Source: Bifidobacterium longum subsp. longum JCM 1217 (GTDB lineage Bacteria; Actinomycetota; Actinomycetes; Actinomycetales; Bifidobacteriaceae). From it: DNA of 32,000 nt. Each line of letters opens with the position of its first letter. The first letter of the stretch is position 1. The notes under the pieces are model-generated. The model ran no database searches, was not told the DNA's origin, and worked only from the letters and a program-made list of their open reading frames with translations. This document shows, piece after piece, positions 19,645-26,860 of this stretch. The stretch is from positions 2,340,001 to 2,372,000 of the forward strand of contig NC_015067.1 in assembly GCF_000196555.1 (NCBI RefSeq). The letters run 5' to 3'. A program made the position numbers and the translations under genes.

Positions 19645-19690
19645 ATGGACGGCCTGTTGAGTAGCACTCAGCAGGCCGTCCATTCTATTT
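19645..19690 (+). terminator. Terminator between the convergent ATPase gene and the GH3 remnant
   Basis: atggacggcctg (19645-19656) pairs perfectly with caggccgtccat (19672-19683). The inner tgagt/actca extends the stem. TCTATTT follows. Confidence 0.65.
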
Positions 19691-19716
19691 AGCTATTCAG
19701 TTATCGGAGACACACC

Positions 19717-20184
19717 TCAGGCCTTGACCGGAGCGTCAGCGGGAGCCGATGCCGCCGCGGCCAGTTTGCGGCGCTTGAGGTACTTCATGATGGTCAGGAC
19801 CATGCCGCGGAAGCCCCACTCGCCACGCAGGACAGTGTTGAGCAGTCCGGAGTGGGAACCGCCCCACTCCATACCGATGTAGTTGAAGGCGCTCATCACG
19901 GCACCCGCGCCGCCCTGCTTGACGCTCATCTCGAAGGGCTTCAGGTAGATCTCGCGAATCGACTGCTCGTTGGCCCAGGTGGCGAGCTCGCTCAGTCGGT
20001 TGGTCTCCTGGTCGTTCAGCGCGAAGTGCTTCATGAAGGCGTACACGCCCTTGGCCTGAGCGCCAGCGACCTGCTGGGAGGCCATCACGCCGAACAGGTA
20101 GCCGTCTTCGGAGAAGTATTCGAAGGTACGACCGGCGAAGTCGCGGCATTCGAATCTGATATCGTTATCGATTCGATCAGCGGC
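19717..20184 (-). pseudogene. Internal fragment of a glycoside hydrolase family 3 (beta-glucosidase-like) gene
   Basis: The frame is open from the TGA at 20185-20187. The translation GRTFEYFSEDGYLFGVMASQQVAGAQAKGVYAFMKHFALNDQETNR...REIYLKPFE...VLRGEWGFRGMVLT matches the GH3 N-terminal domain. It breaks off exactly where the SDW nucleophile motif should be and continues IMKYLKRRKLAAAASAPADAPVKA*. The N-terminal and C-terminal domains are absent. Confidence 0.75.
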
Positions 20185-20420
20185 TCACGATACTGCCCTT
20201 GCATCGCTGTGCCACTGTTGAATGTGCCCGGCTGGCTCACCTTTGGGTCACCGCCGACACATCCTTGATGCCAATGGTTATAGAGTCGCAAATTCACGAC
20301 TGGCGCACCTGCCCACGCACCTATCCTGTCATTTCGAGCGCATAATTTGCTACCACATCCGGTCAGGGCAATCGACCTTAATGGCGTAAACGGCACTTCT
20401 CAATACGTAAACGGCATTTA

Positions 20421-20455
20421 TTCTTGGCTCCCCTCTCAGAGAGGGGAGCCAAGAA
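20421..20455. repeat. Palindromic repeat element core, copy C (perfect 17-bp stem, 1-nt loop)
   Basis: TTCTTGGCTCCCCTCTC-A-GAGAGGGGAGCCAAGAA shares the GCTCCCCTC/GAGGGGAGC core with copies A and B. It lies 37 nt upstream of the kinase start. Confidence 0.8.
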
Positions 20456-20491
20456 ATATCAAGCTCGGCCTCCCAGGAGAGAGCCAGAATA

Positions 20492-22732
20492 ATGCACCAG
20501 CAAGGCATTAGGATGGAGGGCATGAGCGATTTGAACGCGTTGAATCTTGAGCCCGGCGAAGTGGTTGGTGGGTATACGCTGATCTCCCGGCTCGGCTCAG
20601 GAGCTATGGGGTCGGTGTGGCGGGTGCGCGACGACGGCGGCACCACCTATGCCATGAAGATTCTGCGCGACTCCCTGACCGACGAGTCAGTGGCAGGCTC
20701 CGGCTCTGCGTCCACGGCCCTGCACGACCCCGACCTCAAGCCCGATGTCACGCCGCGCGAGCGCCTGCGGCGCGAGGCCATGGCCTTGAAGAAGATCAAT
20801 CATCCGGGTGTGTGCGGCATCGTGGATATGGAACTCGACGATACGTTGGCGTTCATCGTCACTGAACTCATCGAGGGCAAGAATCTTAAGGATGATGTGG
20901 CCGCCAATGGCCGGTATGTGGGCGACGATCTGGAACGCTTGGCCCGCAAGCTCATCGAAGCCACCAAAGCCGTACATGCGGCCGGCATCGTCCATCGCGA
21001 CATCAAACCCACCAATGTGATGGTGTCGGCCGCCGGACCGGTATTGGTCGATTTCGGTATCGCGATGGGCGAGGGCGAAAGTCACGTGACCCGCACCGGC
21101 CTAGTGATGGGTACACCCGGATTCATCGCACCCGAGATTATTGACGGTGCCGAATCCGACGACGCCACCGATTGGTGGTCGGTGGCGTCCGTGCTCGCTT
21201 TTGCCGCAACCGGCGCGCCTGTGTTCGGCACCAAGCCGATGATGGCGGTACTTGAGCGCGAGGCCTCGGGCAACGCGAATCTTTCCGGACTACCGGCCGG
21301 CACATTGGCTGCCTTCCGTTCTGCACTGGACCCGGATCGCAGGGATCGTTGCACGCCGGATCAATTGCTGAATGCCATCGCCTTGGATGCGTTGAATCCC
21401 AACGCTTGGCAGGGCGAGCAGGCGGGACCGTTCGCCGCGGGAGCCGTGGCTGGACAACCGGCTGCGATCGTTGCCGAAGCCGCGGAGGCGATGCCCCCTT
21501 TTGGCGCGGCCGGCGGCGTTGACCGCAATAATCCCCGAACCATCTGGCGCGCGGCCGAGGAAGCCGCTGAGGCTCCCACCATGGCCGTGTTCTCCGGCAA
21601 TAAGGGCGATAACGGCGATGGCGAAACCGCCGTATTCTCGCCGGCTGGCGCCGCTACCGCCACGCTGCCCTTAGCCGATATGCCGCCACGTCCGCCGGCC
21701 GGTGCGGAGCAGGCCACGCAACTGTTGCCCGACGCTGCTGCCGATTTCACCGACGACGCCGGCACGCAGGTACTCACCGGCGCGACCACACCGATGCCGG
21801 ACCAAACCACGCCGCTGGCCGAGCGCACCACCGTACTCCCCACGCCGCAGCCGTCATCATTCCCCCCGTCCGGCACCGCCCAGAGCAGCTGGGATCCCGC
21901 AAGCAACCAGCCCACAGCGGTGGACCCCGCCATTCGCCCGGCATTGCAGCGCATCATCGACCAAACCGCCCAAGCGGCCCCCACCGAAACCATGGTCCAA
22001 AATCCTCCCATGCCCAATCCGGTGGACGTGAAGCGAGGGGAATATCTGCAGCGCGGCACCCTGCCATTGATCCTGCTGGCGGCGCCGCTGGCGGCACTGG
22101 CGGCAAATGCTCCGCTCGTGGCCATCATCGCGGCCACTGCGTTGTTGTGGCTACTGCTCACCCTGGCCTATAACACCGAACCCCAGCTTGAGCGCGAGGG
22201 CAAACGCGGCGGCGAGCGCAAAAACTCCGATTCGTGGATTCGCGTGGCGACTTTTCCTTGGCATCTGGTCAAAGCCCTGCTGCTGGCCATTCCCCGCATA
22301 CTGCTGCTAGTCATCATCTATATGGCGGGAACCGCCGTGGCCACCGCGGCTCTGGCACTGCCCGTTCACACCATCTCCTGGTATTTCACCGCGGATTGGG
22401 GTATTCCGGTGCCGTTGCTCAATGATGTGCCGTTCTCCGCTTCCGGGCTGGCGCTGGGCGGTTTCATGGCCATCGGCTGGCTGGTCACTGTGTTCGCCCC
22501 ACAGTCGATGATGATTCGGCTGGGGGGCGGCGTACTGCGCGGGCTCAAACACAGTCGCCCGGCGGGCGCCCCATCCACCGAAGTGGGTGGGGCTCCACCT
22601 GCTCCAGTGGCGCCGGCGCCCAAGGGCGGCGGGCGCGGCACCGTGCTGTTCACCATATGGGCCATCATCACCGTGGCCTTGTGCGCGATGCCGATTCTGG
22701 GCATGCCGATCAACTGGATGCCGTTCGCCTAG
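20492..22732 (+). CDS. Hanks-type Ser/Thr protein kinase with a Pro/Ala/Thr-rich linker and a multi-pass membrane C-terminus
   Basis: 746 aa with LGSGAMGSVW, YAMK, HRDIKPTNVMV, DFGIA and GTPGFIAPE. There are several hydrophobic segments after about residue 520 and no PASTA repeats. ATGs at 20513 and 20522 are alternative starts. Confidence 0.9.
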   Translation: MHQQGIRMEGMSDLNALNLEPGEVVGGYTLISRLGSGAMGSVWRVRDDGGTTYAMKILRDSLTDESVAGSGSASTALHDPDLKPDVTPRERLRREAMALKKINHPGVCGIVDMELDDTLAFIVTELIEGKNLKDDVAANGRYVGDDLERLARKLIEATKAVHAAGIVHRDIKPTNVMVSAAGPVLVDFGIAMGEGESHVTRTGLVMGTPGFIAPEIIDGAESDDATDWWSVASVLAFAATGAPVFGTKPMMAVLEREASGNANLSGLPAGTLAAFRSALDPDRRDRCTPDQLLNAIALDALNPNAWQGEQAGPFAAGAVAGQPAAIVAEAAEAMPPFGAAGGVDRNNPRTIWRAAEEAAEAPTMAVFSGNKGDNGDGETAVFSPAGAATATLPLADMPPRPPAGAEQATQLLPDAAADFTDDAGTQVLTGATTPMPDQTTPLAERTTVLPTPQPSSFPPSGTAQSSWDPASNQPTAVDPAIRPALQRIIDQTAQAAPTETMVQNPPMPNPVDVKRGEYLQRGTLPLILLAAPLAALAANAPLVAIIAATALLWLLLTLAYNTEPQLEREGKRGGERKNSDSWIRVATFPWHLVKALLLAIPRILLLVIIYMAGTAVATAALALPVHTISWYFTADWGIPVPLLNDVPFSASGLALGGFMAIGWLVTVFAPQSMMIRLGGGVLRGLKHSRPAGAPSTEVGGAPPAPVAPAPKGGGRGTVLFTIWAIITVALCAMPILGMPINWMPFA

Positions 22733-22909
22733 AGCGGGGCGGAATCTCACACATCAGCCATCCGCACACATGGCCGTTGTGTATCCGATACGTTCGTTCC
22801 GTCACACTTTTACAGGGAATTCACCTCAGATCAGCTCTGGGCGCAGTCCTCCTCAGGCCCGGTCATTATGATGGGGCCCAAACATTGAAGCGATTGCAAG
22901 GGGATAGCT

Positions 22910-23887
22910 ATGTCAGATCCGAAGCGTCAGGCCAAGCGTGCCACACGCGCTGAGCGCCGAGCGGCCGAGGAGGCCGCCCAGCAGGCACGGGCCGAGCAGG
23001 CAGCCAAGGAGCGTAAGCAGCAGACCATCATCGGCTGCATTGTGGTGGCCATTATTGTGGTGCTGGTGGCCATCGCTGGATTCGCCGTATACAAGGCTAT
23101 GCGGCCGTCCAACACCAGCAGCAGTAGCCAGCAAAGCAACATGACCGCGGACGAGGCCTATAGCAAGCTCAAGAAAGTCAGTACCCAGCCGGCTAACGCC
23201 GACGACAAGGCCGGCTTCGTAATCTCCAACAAAGGGTATGGCCAGAAAGCCGAGGGGGCTCCCACCGTATCCATCTACATGGAACCGCTGTGCCCCGGCT
23301 GCGCCTCGGTGAACCGCCAACTCGACCCGACGCTCGTCAAGCTGATGAACGCAGGCCAGCTCAACATCGATTTGCACTTCCTCAATTTCCAGAACAACAA
23401 GAGCTCCGACAACTACTCCAACCGCGTGTTCAACGGTGCCATCTACATTGCCGAGCATGATGACGATCCCGACCACCTCATGAGCTACCTCTCCAACATC
23501 TACGCTGAGGATTTCCAGCCGGGCGAATTGTCCAATTACGAGCCGGTAAACAACGCCAAGCTGGAGAAGCAGGCCGTCAAGGCCGGCGTGAGCGAGGATG
23601 TGGCCGCCGCGGCGTTCAGCGGCAAGAACGAATACCTCGACTGGCTCACCGCCTCCAACAACTACACGATCCTGCGCCCCGAACTGTTCAACAGCTCCGG
23701 CGCCTTCTCCTCCCCCACACTCACCATCAACGGCGAATACTGGGATCTGAAGCAGCTCACGCTGGCGGACACGAATATGGTGGACGGCTTCCTCAAGTCC
23801 ATTGGGCTGGATGCTGACCAGGTAGGCGTGGAAGGCAAAATGCCATCCATCGGTGCCAGCGGAAAGCCGATTTCGGTCGCCTCCTGA
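22910..23887 (+). CDS. Membrane-anchored DsbA-like thiol:disulfide oxidoreductase
   Basis: 325 aa with a basic N-terminus, one TM segment (IIGCIVVAIIVVLVAIAGFAVY) and a thioredoxin-fold CPGC motif (MEPLCPGCASV). An AAGGGGA SD is present. Confidence 0.85.
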   Translation: MSDPKRQAKRATRAERRAAEEAAQQARAEQAAKERKQQTIIGCIVVAIIVVLVAIAGFAVYKAMRPSNTSSSSQQSNMTADEAYSKLKKVSTQPANADDKAGFVISNKGYGQKAEGAPTVSIYMEPLCPGCASVNRQLDPTLVKLMNAGQLNIDLHFLNFQNNKSSDNYSNRVFNGAIYIAEHDDDPDHLMSYLSNIYAEDFQPGELSNYEPVNNAKLEKQAVKAGVSEDVAAAAFSGKNEYLDWLTASNNYTILRPELFNSSGAFSSPTLTINGEYWDLKQLTLADTNMVDGFLKSIGLDADQVGVEGKMPSIGASGKPISVAS

Positions 23888-23950
23888 TGCTGCGTGGCCG
23901 AATAAGTTGACGCCGCGACATATGCAATACCGCCTGCGGCTCGGCTTAAA

Positions 23951-23978
23951 TTGACCACTCGGGAAGTACCGGTATACT
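23951..23978 (+). promoter_or_regulatory. Putative promoter of tRNA-Thr
   Basis: TTGACC (23951-23956), a 16-nt spacer, then TATACT (23973-23978). It lies 40 nt upstream of the tRNA 5' end. Confidence 0.5.
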
Positions 23979-24017
23979 AGTCATTTGTTCGCAACGATTT
24001 ACGCGTTAAGAACAATC

Positions 24018-24091
24018 GCCTCTTTAGCTCAGATGGCCAGAGCGGCCGCCTTGTAAGCGGCAGGTCGTCGGTTCGATCCCGACAAGAGGCT
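24018..24091 (+). tRNA. tRNA-Thr, anticodon UGU
   Basis: The manual cloverleaf is: acceptor GCCTCTT/AAGAGGC, D arm GCTC-AGATGGCCA-GAGC, anticodon arm GCCGC-CTTGTAA-GCGGC, variable loop AGGTC, T arm GTCGG-TTCGATC-CCGAC, discriminator T. It is 74 nt and CCA is not encoded. Confidence 0.95.
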
Positions 24092-24242
24092 CGTCGCGCA
24101 GAAAAAATGGCGTATTATGTGATACGTAGACTTTTCTACGCATATAATTCTTACCTTGGGTAAGTACTCCAGGAGCCTTCCCCCAATTATGGGCTTCCTG
24201 GAATGAGGGCGGAGCGTCCCCCAACCAGCTCCGCGCCTTCAA

Positions 24243-24294
24243 GGGGGCGGGAACATCCCCTTCTCTCCCGCCCCCCCTTTTCTTTTCTTTTTTT
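24243..24294 (+). terminator. Strong rho-independent terminator
   Basis: gggggcggga (24243-24252) pairs perfectly with tcccgccccc (24266-24275) with a 13-nt loop acatccccttctc. It is followed by TTTTCTTTTCTTTTTTT (24278-24294). Confidence 0.8.
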
Positions 24295-24407
24295 GAGCTC
24301 AGAACAATCTGACGAGCAGGAATGGTGACGGTGGCCGGTGAAACCGCAGTACGGGCCGGAACAACCGTTACGATGGGTGGCGTAATCGTTCACCCAGCAG
24401 GAAGAGT

Positions 24408-25904
24408 ATGGCAATGGCACGGCGTTGGACCCCGCAGCGGTTTGTTACACTGCGTCGCATCCGCGTAATCGCCTGTATCGCGGCGACCAGTATCGCGCTG
24501 GCTGGATCATTCGCGTTCACCGCGCGTAAATCCGTGGCCCTGAACATCAACGGGCAAACCACCCAAGTCACCACATATGCGATGACGGCCACCCGTCTTC
24601 TGGAGGAACAAGGGGTGGATATCAAGACCCACGATATCGTCACTACCTCGTCCGGCGACCAGCTCGCCAATCATGCCGTGGTCACCGTACAGTCCGCCTA
24701 CCAGACCACTATCAACATCGACGGCACGTCCGTTCCCTTCTGGACCGTGGCCACCAGTGCCGACCAGCTACTGGGATTTTTCGAGGAAAACCAGAACAAC
24801 GCCGCGAAGATCACCGTCGACATCGACAATGTGTACAACCAGCTCACCGGCGGACTGGTCATCAATCAGGATGGCCCGGTCACCGTCATTGCGGACGGCA
24901 AGACTTCCGTGGCCCCCAACGGCAAACTGCCTGCGGCCTCCATTCTTGACTCCAAAGGCATCGTGCTGAACAAAGAGGACCGTGTGAGCGTCGAAAAGGA
25001 CGGCGATACCACTATCCTGCGCGTACGGCGCGTGACGCATGGCGAGGAAACGCGCACAGCCGTAGTGCCATACTCCACACAAACCATCATCGACTCCAAT
25101 CTTCCTGAAGGCCAGTCGGAGATCCGCCAGCAAGGCGTCAATGGCGAGAAAACCCAGGTGTATAACGTCACGTATGTCGATGGCGTGGCCGAATCGGAGA
25201 CGCTGAAATCCGAAACCGTCACCACGATGGCCATCGACCAGATCATCGCCGTAGGCGCCGCCAAGTCTGATACCGATAAAGGTTCCGACAAAAAATCCGA
25301 CTCCGCCGATAACGGCAAGGCCGATTCCGGTTTCAACAATCAGCACGAGTCGTCCGGTAACAATGCCAACAACACAGGCGACAAGAACAACAGCAGCTCT
25401 GGCAACAACACGAACACCGATACCAACAACAATGCCGGCAACACCGGCGGCAACAACTCCGGTAACTCCGGTAACACCGGCAATTCCGGTAACACTGGTA
25501 ATTCCGGTAACACCGGCGGCGGTACGAACAACAATTCCGGCTCTTCTGGCTCCGATTCAGGCACAACCACCACGCCCTCCGGCCGCCTGTGGCACGCCAC
25601 CGTAGCCCAGGCTCAGGCCTATGCCGCCGGTGCCGCCGCGCAGCGCGGGTGGACAGGCAACGACTGGGATTGTCTGGTCAAACTATGGACCCGCGAGTCC
25701 AGTTGGCTGTGGTATGCCGAAAACGCGAGCTCCGGTGCCTACGGCATTCCTCAGTCGCTACCAGCAGACAAAATGGCTGCGTTCGGTGCCAATTACCGTG
25801 ACGATGCCGCCGTACAGATCGATTGGGGTCTGTGGTACATCGCACAAGCCTACGGCAGCCCGTCCAAGGCATGGCAACATTCCGAACAAGTCGGTTGGTA
25901 CTGA
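24408..25904 (+). CDS. RpfB-like secreted muralytic protein: signal/TM anchor, DUF348 repeats, G5 domain, Asn/Ser/Gly/Thr-rich linker, C-terminal lysozyme-like (SLT/Apf-type) domain
   Basis: 498 aa. There are three DUF348-like repeats, then a G5-like segment (RRVTHGEETRTAVVPYSTQTIIDSNLPEGQSEIRQQGVNGEKTQVYNVTYVDG). The C-terminus is WDCLVKLWTRESSWLWYAENASSGAYGIPQS...YGSPSKAWQHSEQVGWY. An AGGAAG SD is present. Confidence 0.85.
   Translation: MAMARRWTPQRFVTLRRIRVIACIAATSIALAGSFAFTARKSVALNINGQTTQVTTYAMTATRLLEEQGVDIKTHDIVTTSSGDQLANHAVVTVQSAYQTTINIDGTSVPFWTVATSADQLLGFFEENQNNAAKITVDIDNVYNQLTGGLVINQDGPVTVIADGKTSVAPNGKLPAASILDSKGIVLNKEDRVSVEKDGDTTILRVRRVTHGEETRTAVVPYSTQTIIDSNLPEGQSEIRQQGVNGEKTQVYNVTYVDGVAESETLKSETVTTMAIDQIIAVGAAKSDTDKGSDKKSDSADNGKADSGFNNQHESSGNNANNTGDKNNSSSGNNTNTDTNNNAGNTGGNNSGNSGNTGNSGNTGNSGNTGGGTNNNSGSSGSDSGTTTTPSGRLWHATVAQAQAYAAGAAAQRGWTGNDWDCLVKLWTRESSWLWYAENASSGAYGIPQSLPADKMAAFGANYRDDAAVQIDWGLWYIAQAYGSPSKAWQHSEQVGWY
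25461..25514 (+). repeat. Coding 18-bp tandem repeat x3 (GNSGNT hexapeptide) within the low-complexity linker
   Basis: The repeat is ggtaactccggtaacacc / ggcaattccggtaacact / ggtaattccggtaacacc. The flanking about 230 bp is an AAC/GGC/ACC-rich low-complexity coding sequence. Confidence 0.85.
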
Positions 25905-25936
25905 TCGGTTACGAAGCCCACAAGGAACACACGCTT

Positions 25937-26860
25937 ATGAACGACACCATTCCCGCCACTGGTCACCTGTTAGGTGCCGCCGATATCCGTCGTATCGCGG
26001 CCGATGCCGGCATCAGCCCCACCAAGAAATTCGGGCAGAACTTCGTCATCGACCCCGGCACGGTCCGTCGTATCGTACGCGAGGCGGGAGTGACCGCTGC
26101 CGATCATGTCATGGAAGTCGGCCCCGGCCTGGGATCGTTGACGCTGGCGATTTTGGAAACCGGCGCCACCATGACCGCAGTCGAAATCGATCCGCCGCTG
26201 GCCGAACGACTGCCGGGCACAGTCGCCGAATTCATGCCCGAAGCCACGTCACGACTCACCGTCGTCAATCGGGATGCCTTAACCGTCACCCCGGAGAACG
26301 TGCCTGATTTCAGCGATGACGCATCGTTTACGCTGGTCGCCAATCTGCCGTACAACGTGGCCACGCCGATTCTGCTCACGCTGTTGGAGCGTTTCGACAA
26401 CCTCGGCTCGTTCTTGGTGATGGTGCAAAAAGAGGTGGCCGACAGACTCGCCGCCAAGCCCGGTTCCAAGATCTACGGCACGCCGAGCGTGAAGCTCGCC
26501 TGGTATGGCACCGCCGAACGGGTGGGCACCATCGGCCGCAATGTGTTCTGGCCGGCTCCCAATGTGGATTCCGCGCTCGTCAAATTCACCCGGTATCAGG
26601 CCGATGACCCGGCTGCCCCGGGAACTGCGAACAGCACAGACGACGGCACACAACGGGAACTCGTATTTCGTCTGATCGATGCGGCATTCGGTCAGCGTCG
26701 CAAGACCCTGCACGCGGCATTGAAGACCATTGCGCCCTCCGAGGCATTCTCCATCGCCGGCATCGATCCGACCCGTCGAGGAGAGACGCTCACCATCGCC
26801 GAATTCACCGCTCTGGCCAAGGCCATCGAATCGTGTGGAGAGGGAGATGAGGCACAATGA
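25937..26860 (+). CDS. rsmA: 16S rRNA (adenine1518/1519-N6)-dimethyltransferase
   Basis: The product starts MNDTIPATGHLLG... and carries KKFGQNFVID, EVGPGLGSLT (SAM site) and ANLPYNVATP. An AAGGAA SD lies 10 nt upstream of the ATG at 25937. The track start at 25823 overlaps the rpf gene and is rejected. Confidence 0.93.
   Translation: MNDTIPATGHLLGAADIRRIAADAGISPTKKFGQNFVIDPGTVRRIVREAGVTAADHVMEVGPGLGSLTLAILETGATMTAVEIDPPLAERLPGTVAEFMPEATSRLTVVNRDALTVTPENVPDFSDDASFTLVANLPYNVATPILLTLLERFDNLGSFLVMVQKEVADRLAAKPGSKIYGTPSVKLAWYGTAERVGTIGRNVFWPAPNVDSALVKFTRYQADDPAAPGTANSTDDGTQRELVFRLIDAAFGQRRKTLHAALKTIAPSEAFSIAGIDPTRRGETLTIAEFTALAKAIESCGEGDEAQ

Noticed and set aside
24024-24420. Minus-strand ORFs 24024-24242 and 24187-24420, and a plus-strand 18-codon Tyr-rich ORF (24107-24163)
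   Set aside because: They overlap the tRNA or the terminator hairpins. There is no SD. Structure, not coding, explains this region better.
25330-25570. Regularly spaced short repeats that might be mistaken for a CRISPR-like or VNTR array
   Set aside because: The region lies inside the rpf-like reading frame. The 18-bp period encodes GNSGNT, and there are no unique spacers. It is a coding low-complexity linker.
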